Assembly (NCBI RefSeq): GCF_039654945.1
Contig: NW_027361685.1
Location: forward strand, 4,650,001 to 4,714,000
DNA length: 64,000 nt
Reading direction: 5' to 3'
DNA from: Dendrobates tinctorius
Lineage: Eukaryota
The notes beneath the pieces are model-generated. The model was not told the origin of the DNA and ran no database searches. It saw only the letters and a program-made list of their open reading frames with translations. Below are positions 25,101 to 35,373 of this stretch, piece by piece. Each line of letters starts with the position of its first letter. Position 1 is the stretch's first letter. Made by a program: the position numbers and the translations under genes.

Positions 25101-27138
25101 ACATGAAAATTGCACATTTGCCATTTTATTACCCAACACATAATGCCCAGATTGTGCTCCAGGAAACACACACCGTAAATTAAGTGGGTTCTTCTCACTA
25201 TAGTAATGCCCAATATATGGATGCTAAATATGGTTTGGGCGCACTGCAAGGCTCAGAAGAGAGTGGATATTTGACTTTGGGAGAGCGGATATTGCTGGAT
25301 TGGTTTATGGAAGCCATGTTGCTTTTCAAGAGCTTTTGAGCCACAAATATTGTGGAAACCTTTTGGTTTTCCTCTGACAGATGATGGACCTTAGTGGTGT
25401 CTTGTGTTTCCGTGAGATGAGTAGAAGTTTTATTGGTATAATTTTCACCTATATAACATTGTTTGTTGGCTTTTTATTCCATGTTTGGGAAGCAGAATGA
25501 ACAAACCATTGAACACCATGATGCACTGGTTCATGCTATGAGGCTTTCGATTAGACTGTGAACTGTCATTGTCTTGGTGAATAATTTAATATTTTTAAAA
25601 AGCTTGTATTTTTTATGGACAGCTTAAGTAGAAATGTTCAAAAGTATAAAATTTGAGGATATTTTATTCAAAATTATTAATTGGTTTTATTTTTAGCAGA
25701 TGACTGTACCAGGAGATCAGAGGGAACGCTGACATCTTCAATTTTTATATCTGATGATCTTGAGATCTCACAGGACCCAATTGAAGTTAATGACATTACT
25801 CCAGATATACCATCATCCCTTCATAGCAAAGATCTGTCATCTGATCCTATGAAACAGGTCCCATCTTTTGGTTCATTACCAACTACTAAGGAAAATCAAA
25901 GTCACAATATAGGCATTAAAAAATTAATTGATTCTAAAGGAAAGGAGACATTTTCATACTCAGAATATGGAAATAGTTTTCTTGAAAAGACTGTTCTTAA
26001 ACATGAAAAAATTCATATAACAGAGAATAGATTTTCCTGTTCAGAATGTGGGAAATGTTTTACTCAGAATTCACATCTTGTTGCACATGAGAGAATTCAC
26101 ACAGGGGAGAAGCCATATTCATGTTCAGAATGTGGGAAATGTTTTAGCCAGAAATCAGATTTGGTTAAGCACCATAAAACTCACACTGGGGAGAAGCCTT
26201 TTTCCTGTTCACAATGTGGGAAATGTTTTAGCAAAAAATCAAATTGTGTTAAGCACCAGAGAACTCACAGAGGGGAGAAGCCTTTTTCCTGTTCAGAATG
26301 TGGGAAATGTTTTAGCAATAAATCAGATTGTGTTAAGCACCAGAGAATCCACACAGGGGAGAAGCTTTTTTCCTGTTCAGAATGTGGGAAATGTTTTATG
26401 AAGAAATCAGATTTGGTTAAGCACCAACGAACTCACACAGGGGAGAACCCTTTTTCCTGTTCAGAATGTGGGAAATGTTTTAACTGGAAATCACAATTGG
26501 TTTATCACCATAGAACTCACACGGGGGAGAAGCCTTTTTCCTGTTCAGAATGTGGGAAAAGTTTTAACTGGAAATCAGATTTGTTTAAGCACCAAAGAAC
26601 TCACACGGGGGAGAAGCCTTTTTCCTGTTCAGAATGTGGGAACTGTTTTGCACATAAATCACATTTTGTTACTCACCATAGAACTCACACAGGGGAGAAG
26701 CCTTTTTCCTGTTCAGAATGTGGGAAATGTTTTACAAAGAAGTCAGATTTGGTTAGGCACCAAAAAATTCATACAGGGGAGAAGCCTTTTTCCTGTTCAG
26801 AATGTGGGAAATGCTTTGCAGATAAATCACATTTCGTTACTCACCATAAAACTCACACAGGGGAGAAGCCTTTTTCCTGTTCAGAATGTGGGAAATGTTT
26901 TACAAAGAAATCAGATATGGTTAAGCACCAAACAACTCACACAGGGGAGAAGCCTTTTTCCTGTTCAGAATGTGGGAAATGTTTTACCCAGAAATCATAT
27001 TTGATTAAGCACCTAAGAACTCACACAGGGGAGAAGCCTTTTTCCTGTTCAGAATGTGGGAAATGTTTTGTGAGGAAATCATCTCTTCTTAGTCACCAAA
27101 AAACTCACACAGGGGAGAAACCTTTTTCATGTCCTTAA
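19186..27138 (+). CDS. FAX/KRAB-type C2H2 zinc-finger gene, paralogue 2 (about 670 aa, 13 fingers). Exons 19186-19263, 19393-19572, 19656-19779, 20792-20889, 22856-22946, 25697(or 25700)-27138
   Basis: Same exon sizes (78,180,124,98,91) and phases as paralogue 1, with GT..AG boundaries. KRAB-A-like exon [33 protein letters not shown]. 13 intact fingers plus one degenerate N-terminal finger. Confidence 0.9.
19656..19779 (+). CDS. KRAB-A-like exon of ZNF paralogue 2
   Basis: [27 protein letters not shown] with canonical splice sites. Confidence 0.85.
19793..20722. mobile_element. PIF/Harbinger-type MITE (930 bp) in intron 3 of ZNF2
   Basis: TAA TSD (19790-92 and 20723-25). TIR GACTGGGTTCACACGT / ACATGTGAACTCAGCC. 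The empty site GGACTAAATACACAC is present in paralogue 1. Confidence 0.9.
20973..21149 (-). mobile_element. CR1 RT fragment
   Basis: The minus strand reads [23 protein letters not shown], resembling the CR1 LYxxLVRPHLEYCVQFWSP motif. Confidence 0.7.
21150..22510 (-). mobile_element. Copia LTR retrotransposon 3' fragment (RT/RNase H plus LTR 21150-21423)
   Basis: [45 protein letters not shown] motifs. A polypurine GAGTGGGG precedes a TG..CA-bounded LTR. Confidence 0.9.
22511..22760 (-). mobile_element. CR1-type 3' tail fragment followed by a diverged Copia LTR-like piece
   Basis: AACATAATAACATAGTTAG..TCCATCCAGTTCAGCC tail-like sequence. 22640-22720 resembles LTR 21335-21420. Confidence 0.5.
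23325..23799. mobile_element. Tc2/pogo-type non-autonomous element, right end
   Basis: Ends GCGTCTTATAATCCAAAAAATACGG|TA, with internal TAAGACGC/GCGTCTTA repeats. The left end was not located. Confidence 0.6.
25697..27138 (+). CDS. Zinc-finger exon of ZNF paralogue 2 (13 C2H2 fingers)
   Basis: ORF 25681-27138 with 13 CxxC-x12-HxxxH units and TGEKP linkers. AATAAA near 27318. Confidence 0.93.
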
Positions 27139-27439
27139 TGTGGGAAATGTTTTCTATCTAAATCAACTCTTAATAAACGGCAGGGAAGTCATACGGGGAG
27201 AAGCTTTTTTCATGTTCAAAATGTTGGAAATATTTTAACTCAAAATTGTATCTTCTTAAATGTGTTGACCACTACTCGGACAACCCCTTGTCATTACTCA
27301 TGTTTGGCAATGTTAAAATAAAAACACTCATTGTGCGAGAATGATCAGTACTAAATATATTGAACAGCCATGTCAGACTGAGCTGCCATGTTAGAAAAAC
27401 TTTCGCCAACTAAACATTGCAGCTAATGAGATGACCTTA

Positions 27440-27934
27440 TGGGAGCTCTAGCCAGAATTTAGACATAAAATGACATCAGAGCCATTAGCAGTAGAGTTGA
27501 GCGAAACAGGTCGACCAGATTCATAAGTCGCCGACTTATGCAAAAGTTGGCCATGCGGTCGTCAACCCAAGCGCCAAAGTCGGTTTTCCCAGAATGCCAG
27601 CATGTGACTTTTTTCAGCCAATGAGCAAGGACGTAAACTGTGGGCAATGAGATGACATGTGCAGCATCCGGGGGGAGAGAGAGAGATTTCACCGCCTCTA
27701 GGGTTAAAATTCATGCCGGCGAAAATCTTCCGGGCATGCGCACTTTAAAAAAGCGGTTCGGCATGTAGGTGTGTTTACTGTCCTCCACTCACTGCTGACT
27801 TTTATTCCCCATTGAGTTGCATTGGGTTTCGTGTTTCACGATAGTCGGCCAATTTAGTTCGACTCGACTTTTGAGAATGTCGGGTTTCATGAAACCTGAC
27901 TCGACCCTAAAAAAGGCAAAGTCGCTCATCCCTA
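27440..27934. mobile_element. hAT-like non-autonomous element, right end
   Basis: Ends in CGCTCATCCCTA (reverse complement TAGGGATGAGCG) with CGACTCGA subterminal repeats. Similar termini occur at about 2620 and at 34011. The left boundary is approximate. Confidence 0.55.
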
Positions 27935-29016
27935 ATTATCAGGTATGGTTGGCATACACAAAGGTTAATAGGAGTAGCTGCAGGGCATTGTGAGAGTAAA
28001 TAATGGTGTCACATGGTAGTAAGTAGTGTCTGTGATGAGGACAATACAGTAGTCAATATGTGAAGAGTTATGTGAGTAATGACATTAGATAAAAGGGACA
28101 TGGGGATTTGTGGACTGTAATGGAGTTTGGTGAAATACTCCTAAATATTGTCATTTTGTATTATCACTTTCTTTAGTATTCTAGAATACATGTCTTCCCT
28201 GCAGTATGAGGTTATCATGTATACACCTTTTACCGCTCTATGTAGTTCGTTTGTCTAACCATATATATAAAAAGCCCAAATGAGGTCCTCCATATATTCA
28301 GAAGTAGAAATCAACAACATGGCCTACAAACGTTACTCCCATAAACAACATTTCAGTATGAAATAAATATTTATTTCAACAAAACACATAAAAAAATGTA
28401 AAGACAAGAGATTATGTAGAGAGAAATCATCAGGTATGTATATAAAACATATCTAAATCTGTCCCAAAATATAGTTTAGAAAAATCCTTTACATACAGTA
28501 TATACAGTATATATATATATACTGTATATAAGTTGAAAGACCATATGGAAGAAGTATAACAATTACAGGGCCTCACGAAAGTATTCAGCTCCCTGGAACT
28601 TTTCAACCTTTTCCCACATATCATGCTTCAAACATAAAGATACCAAATGTAAATTTTTGGTGAAGAATCAACAACAAGTAGGAGACAATTGTGAAGTTGA
28701 ACGAAATTTACTAAAAAGTGAGACATACAATATTATTTGGCCCCTTTACTTTCAGTGCAGCAAACTCACTCCAGAAGTTCATTGAGGATCTCTGAATGAT
28801 CCAATGTTGTCCCAAATGACTGTTGATGATAAATATAATCCACCTGTGTGTAATCCAGTCTCCGTATAAATGCACCAGCTCTGTGATAGTCTCAGGGTTC
28901 TGTTTGAAGCACAGAGAGCATCATGAAGACCAAGGAACATAACAGGCAGGTCTGTGATACTGTTGTGGAGAAGTTTAAAGCCGGATTTGGATACAAAATG
29001 ATTTCCAAAACTTTAA

Positions 29017-30028
29017 AGGGAACCTGTCACCTCCCAGGCATTTTTAAGTAAAAGAGCCACCTTGTGCAGCACTAATGCTGCATTTTGTCAAGGTGGCGCT
29101 TTTATTTAGCGTCCCTTCCACCGCCGAAATAATCGTTTTTAAAATTGGTCAGACATACCTGATATTTGACAGGGGAGCAGGTCTTTCCCCCCTGGACACA
29201 GACGCCTCACATACGTCAGTCATGTCCAGCTTTCGAATTTGGCGCAGCCTCCTCAGCATTCATTTCTTTTTTTCAAGCCTACGCTGTAATATTCTTTCAG
29301 TGGTGCAGCAGGACCTGTGATGACATCAGCACCATGTGACCAGTAGGAGCGGAGCTCACCAGAGCAGTGGTGCAGCAGGACCTGTGATGACATCAGCACC
29401 ATGTGACCAGTAGGGGCGGAGCTCACCAGAGCAGTGGTGCAGCAGGACCTGTGATGACGTCAGCCCCATGTGACCAATAGGGGCGGAGCTCAGCAAAGCA
29501 GTGGTGCAGCAGGACCTGTGATGATGTCAGCACCATGTGACCTGTAGGGGCAGAGCTGAGCAGGGCAGCAGTGCAGCAAGACGTGTGGTGACGTCAGAAT
29601 ACGCTGAGGAGTTGGCGCCAAATTCAAAAGCATGACATGACTGACTTACGTGAGGCAAAAAAGCAGCCGACTGCACAGCAGGGACTAAGTGGATGCAAGC
29701 TCAAAGTTCATGAACCCAGATGAATAAGAAGGCCACAATATGGCCAAAACATTGTATTTTATACTGGCAGAATAAACCTTTGATACGGCTATCACCTGGA
29801 TTGGATGCTGTTCCTTTTTTCTCTTATGACTTATGTGAGGCGTCTGTGTCCAGAGGGGAAAGACCTGCCCCTCTGTCAAATATCAGGTATGTCTGACCAA
29901 TTTTTAAAACAATTATTTCTGCGGTGGAAGGGACGTTAAATAAAAGAGCCACCTTGACAGAATGCAGCATTAGTGCTGCACAAGGTGGCTCTTTTACTTA
30001 AAAACGCCTGGGGGGTGACAGGTTCCCT
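29017..30028. mobile_element. Kolobok/T2-type MITE (about 1.0 kb) with long TIRs and an internal 67-bp tandem repeat
   Basis: TTAA TSD and AGGGAACCTGTCACC / GGTGACAGGTTCCCT termini. Inverted arms exceed 200 bp. About 4.5 copies of a 67-bp unit at 29295-29600. Confidence 0.9.
29657..29826 (+). mobile_element. 170-bp Penelope/retrozyme-like insertion with a 15-bp TSD
   Basis: TGACTTAYGTGAGGC is duplicated at 29642-56 and 29827-41, and the insertion is absent from the MITE's other arm. Contains a GGCCA..TGGCC-AAAAC hairpin and AATAAA. Confidence 0.55.
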
Positions 30029-31214
30029 TTAAACATCCCAAGGAGCACTGTGCAAGCAATCATATTGAAATAGAAGGAGTATCATACCACTGCAAATCTA
30101 CCAAGACCCGGCCGTCTCTCTAAACTTTCATCTCAAGCAAAGAGAAGACTGATCAGAGATGCAGCCAAGATGCCCATGATCACTCTGGATGAACTGCAGA
30201 GATCTACAGCTGAGGTGGGATAGTCTGTCCATTGGACAACAATCAGTCGTACCCTGCACAAATCTGGCCTTTATGGAAGAGTGGCAAGAAGAAAGCCATT
30301 TCTCAAAGTTATCCATAAAAAGTGTCGTTTAAAGTTTGCAACAAGCCACCTGGGAGACACACCAAACATGTGGAAGAAGGTGCTCTGGTCATATAAAACC
30401 AAAATCGAACTTTTTGGCAATAATGCCAAACGATATGTTTGGCGTAAAGGCAACACAACTCATCACCATGAACACACGATCCCCACTGTCAAACATGGTG
30501 GTGGCAGCATCATGGTTTGGGCCTGCTTTTCTTCAGCAGGGACAGGGAAGATGGTTAAAATTGATGGGACGATGGATGGAGTCAAATATGGGACCATTCT
30601 TGAAGAAAACCTGTTGAAGTTTGCAAAAGACCTGAGACTGGGATGGAGATTAGTGTTCCAACAAGACAATGATCCCAAACATAAAGAAAAAGCTACAATG
30701 GAATGGTTCACAAATAAATGTATCCAGGTGTTAGAATGGCCAAGTCAAAGTCCAGATCTGAATCCAATCGAGAATCTGTGGAAAGAGATGAAAACTGCTA
30801 TTCACAAACGATCTCCATCCAACCTCACTGAGCTCGAGCTGTTTGCCAAGGAAGAATGGGCAAGAATTTCAGTCTCTCAATGAGCAAAACTGATAGAGAC
30901 ATACCCCAAGCCACTTGCAGAGTAATCGCAGCAAAAGGTGGCGCAACAAGGTATTAAGTTAAAAGGGCTGAATAACATTGCACGTCCCACTTTTCAGTTT
31001 TTGTATATCCACAAAAATTTAAAATAACCAATAAATTTCGTTCAGCTTCACAATTGTGTCCCACTTGTTGTTGATTCTTCACCAAAAATTAACATTTGGT
31101 ATCTTTATGTTTGAAGCATGATATGTGGGAAAAGGTTGAAAAGTTCCAGGGAGCTGAATACTTTTGCAAGGCACTGTATATAGCATATCATCCTATATCG
31201 TTACATATCTCAGG

Positions 31215-34010
31215 TGTAAGGTCTCTGCCGTATGGTAAATAGCTGTAACAAATGGAAGCGGAGGCAGAGATTTATTTTTAAAGTGGAATCTCGGGACCAC
31301 AGACCGGGGGGCTCCAAAGGGGGCGTAACTAGTGAGCCCCGGGTACCTGTAGTAAAGCCCCTCAGACAGGACCAGAATGGAATACCCAGAGGACACAGGT
31401 GCTACCTCCAGTTAGACCCCGGACACGTGGCAGCTCTCCCAGCGGGACCAAAAGGGATAACAAGTGACAGCAGAGTCCATAATGAGACGGGTCCTGGATC
31501 CGGGTAGTTGGTGAATAGCTGGCTCCGCTAACCTTGACACAGTCCTTGGACTCGGATGGCTGTTGGAGGAACGGGATGGCTTTCGCTCAGATGGTTGCAG
31601 ATATAACCAGGGTTATCAGGATACGGATATTTCTGTGGAGACAGATAGCATGAGAAAATGCACAGAGACTGCTAACGCAGCACAGACAGGTTAGCAACAG
31701 AACCGGATGTAGAAATCACTGATACTCGTTGCGCTGGCGCTCTCCCTATGAAGGAGAGGCCAGAAATAGCAGCCAGTGCATTGCCATTGGATAATTACAA
31801 ATTTTGAAAAATGCACGCTGTCCCTTTAAGAAGCCAGGGGGGCGTGTGCGCTTGCCCTAATAGCTCTGGCTGAAGATCTGCCGACGGGACGCCAGGAGGT
31901 GGGGGAAGGGGAGAGAACTGAACGCTGAGAAGCAGGATGGGACATACAGGGAGTTGGCTGCTGCACAGGGACAGCGTGAAAGGCACGAGGTGAGTGCCCT
32001 GAATGGGGAGCAGCGGCAGACCGGGGAGCAGAGCCAGGACAGGGACCGGGTGTAACAGTATCCCCCTCTTTACGCCTCCTCTTTTTCAAGCCTGTGTGAA
32101 ATCTTTTAAGAAGAGGAGCCTGGATGTTCTCCCTAGACTCCCAAGATCTCTCCTCAGGACCAAAGCCCTTCCAGTCCACCAGGTAATATATCTTACCCCT
32201 TACTTTCTTAATGGCCAGAATATGTTTTACCTCAAAAACATTATCCTCCGAGACAGGGTCAGGAGTGGTACCCGGATCCTTAAAGAAGGGGCTCAAAACT
32301 ACTGGTTTGAGGAGAGAAACATGAATGGAGTTAGGCACACGTAAAGAAGAAGGCAACTTCAGCTTATAAGAGACTGGATTGATTTGTTTCAAGACTTCAA
32401 ATGGTCCAATGAACGGGGGACCCAATTTGTAGGATGGCAACTTCGGACGGATATACTTGGAGGAGAGCCATACCTCATCTCCGGGGCAAAAGATAGGCGC
32501 ATCCAAACGTCTCTTGTCCGCATGCCTCTTCATGCACAGGGAGGTTTTCTCCAGAGCAGTTTTGGTGTCATTCCAAACCTTAGAAAAGTCTTCAGAGAAA
32601 GGATTGGCAGCCGGAACGCCAGATGATCCGGAGATGGGAAGAGGTATTCCGGGTTGCAGTCCAAAGACAATCTGAAAGGGAGACTTTCCAGAAGATTCAC
32701 TTACTTGGTTGTTGTAGGAAAATTCAGCCCAGGACAGTAAGTCTACACAGTCGTCGTGAAGCTCGTTGACGAAATGACGCAGGAATCCAGCCAGGATCTG
32801 ATTAGTCCTCTCCACTTGACCATTGGATTTGGGATAGTATGCCGAGGAAAAATCCCATTCAATTCTTACCAGTTTACAAACTGCTCTCCAGAATTTTGAG
32901 GTGAAATGGACTCCTCTGTCGGACACAATGTGGAAAGGGAAACCATGGAGACCGAAGATGTGTCGGATGAACAGATCTGCCAGTTCAGAAGCAGTAGGAA
33001 GACCGGGTAGCAGAATGAAGTGAGCCATCTTAGAAAAGCGGTCCACCACTACCCACACCACAGAACAGCCAGATGAGATTGGAAGATCTGGGATGGTGAT
33101 GAAGTCCATTGCGATGTGCTGCCAGGGGGCGGATGGAATTGGTAGAGGCTGAAGCCTACCAGCAGGTAGACGTTTGACAGTCTTGTTACGGGCACAGGAA
33201 GGACAGGCTACGACGTACTCCTGGATATCCTTAGCCATAGCAGGCCACCAGTAGTATCGGGTGATTAGTTGCAGAGTCTTCCTCTGACCGGCATGATCAG
33301 CCGACTTGGAAGCGTGACCCCACCGAAAGACACGAGTACGTTCAGGAGCAGACACGAAAGTTTTCCCAGGGGGTAGCCGGGTAAGATCAGCAGAAGCGAC
33401 AGCAACTAACCTTGAGAGTTCAGTGATGTGCTGAGGTTCTTCCTCTTGATCAGGAGGCAAAAAGGCTCTGGAAAGTGTGTCTGCCTTGACATTTTTGTCA
33501 GCTGGACGAAAATGAAGAACAAAATTAAATCAAGCAAAAAACAAAGCCAAGCGGGCTTGATGTAGTTTCAGCCTCTGTGCAGTTTGAAGGTAAGCAAGGC
33601 TTTTGTCATCGGTGTATATGACTACCTGATGAAGAGCTCCTTCAAGAAGATGCCTCCACTCCTGCAGAGCCAATTTGATAGCCAGCAATTCCCGATCTCC
33701 AACGGAATAATTCCTCTCTGCGGAAGAAAAAACCTTGGAAAAAAAACACATGAGTTCATTCGACCAGTGGACGATTTCAGGGTAAGTACTGCTCCCGCAC
33801 CTACGGAGGAAGCATCATCCTCAAGAAAAAATTGCTCATTAGATTTAGGACGATGGAGGACAGGTGCGACAGCAAAGGCCTTCTTGAGAGAAACAAAAGC
33901 CTCCTCTGCATCAGGAGGCCAATCCTTGGGAATTTTACCTTTCCGGGTCAGGGCTGAGATGGGCGCCACTCAGGTGGAAAAGTTAGGAATGAATTGTCTG
34001 TAGTAGTTGG
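31215..34010 (-). mobile_element. Gypsy chromovirus, 3' half (RNase H, integrase, chromodomain, 3' LTR about 31215-32057)
   Basis: ORF 31826-33460: H..H..YYWWP..CPSC, IAMDFI, SDRG, SNGQVER, GPF and chromodomain YYLVDWKGFGPEERSWE. RNase [10 protein letters not shown] / [27 protein letters not shown] precedes TGTTACA. Truncated by the element at 34011. The outer LTR boundary is uncertain. Confidence 0.9.
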
Positions 34011-34453
34011 TAGTGTTGAGCGATACCTTCCGATATCGTGAAATATCGGATCGGATTAGATCGGACCGATACCCAAAAAGTATCGTATATCGCCGATTCC
34101 GATACAGGAAACCAATGCAAGTCAATGGGACAGAAATATCGGAATTAAAATAAACCCTTTCCTTCCTTGTAGGTTAATTCTACATAAAGAAAAACAACTA
34201 AGAATAATGTAGAATGTATTGGGGGAGGTGGAGGAGACATTAAAGGCATAGAGGTTTAGCCCAATCAAATGGAATAGCAGAAATAATTTTTTTTTTTAAG
34301 ACGTTCGGAGTTACAAAGATATTGACTATGTTAACCTTTTTTATATTTTGTCAGATATGTATGTTTCACTACTTCCATGCTCTTCACCTTCTTTTTTACT
34401 CTCCCACACTTTCTCCTTCATGATCCTCAGCAGCAGCAGCATCGTTTTCATCA

Positions 34454-34782
34454 TATTTGGAAAATTAGGAAGGGGAAAGGGAAATTTGTGCTCACCAAAA
34501 TAGTCCTGTAAGCCGGTCGTGCCTAGGGATCAAATGGCTGACCACCATGTGTTGCAAACATGAAGAGAGAAGGAAGATCCGGCACTGGAGACTTGATAAA
34601 ATCCACGATAAGTTTTATTCTTCCTCAGAGACATGTCTCTGAGGAAGAACCTGGTGTAAGGTTCGAAACACATCAGGCGTGGGGGGTCTGTTTTCCCCTT
34701 TATGGTTTTATCATGAAATTATGTGAATAAAACTTATCGTGGATTTTATCAAGTCTCCAGTGCCGGATCTTCCTTCTCTCTT
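34454..34782. mobile_element. Penelope-like/retrozyme insertion with inverted arms and a 14-bp TSD
   Basis: CATCGTTTTCATCA is duplicated at 34440-53 and 34783-96. Perfect 60-bp inverted repeat at 34561-34620 / 34725-34784. Confidence 0.75.
34635..34678 (+). ncRNA. Minimal type I hammerhead ribozyme motif (probably decayed)
   Basis: CTGAGGA, then stem II GAACCT/AGGTTC, then GAAAC-ACAT-C, with stem I GTCT/AGGC. The usual palindromic ACGCGT appears as ACACAT. Confidence 0.6.
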
Positions 34783-35373
34783 CATCGTTTTCATCAACTT
34801 CTTCTTCACCTTATTCATCTTCTTCTTCTTCACCTTTTTCCAATTATTCTTTTTTTTACATTCTTCATATTCTTCTTATTCAACTATTATTCTTCTTCAT
34901 TTTCTATTTCTTCATCTTCTTCCTATTTTTCTTCTTCATCATATTCTTATTTGTGACAGGCATTCCTGTAGTTGTTATCTATAAAAGTTTGAAGATTACA
35001 CCTTCCATTCTGCCTGTCACAAAAGATTTACAACAGGATTTGTCCGCGTTCAATTTGGCCTGCAGCAGCATGCATTTTCCAGGGGCACCACGAGGAAGAA
35101 TGGACTCACCCCCATACACTGTTTAGTCTTCTTCTGCTTATAATTTAGATAATATCTTTTGCTCTGATTTTTAGTCTTATGCTTAATGTTCTTCTGCTTT
35201 TTTTTCTTCTGCTTCTTGGTCTTCTGTCTCTTGTTGTTCTGTATCTTGGTGGTTGTCTTCATGTTCTTTGTCCTCTTGGTCATCTTCTTCAGGGTCATCT
35301 TTTTGGTCTTCTTTGGGGTGGTCTTCAGGGTCGTCGTCAGGGAGATCCAGAGTGATTACCAAAAACCATTTCA

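Larger units (their letters stand above)
28566..31176 (+). mobile_element. Tc1 transposon with a decayed transposase (about 28923-30957), interrupted by a Kolobok/T2 MITE
   Basis: TA|CAGGGCC..AAAGTATTCAGCTCCCTGGAAC and GTTCCAGGGAGCTGAATACTTTTGCAAGGCACTG|TA TIRs. [19 protein letters not shown] and [11 protein letters not shown] motifs. Confidence 0.93.
34011..35373. mobile_element. hAT-like element left end with a low-complexity (TTC) interior
   Basis: TAGTGTTGAGCGATACC terminus with dense CCGATA/TATCGG subterminal repeats and CAATGCAAGTCAATGGG. The right terminus was not found. Confidence 0.6.

Noticed and set aside
26048-27004. Alternative-frame ORFs ([15 protein letters not shown])n over the finger exons, also at 8844-9317
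   Set aside because: Shadow frames of tandem C2H2 finger codons.
34790-35340. Lys/Glu/Asp-rich ORFs on the minus strand
   Set aside because: Low-complexity (TTC)n-type sequence inside a transposon.
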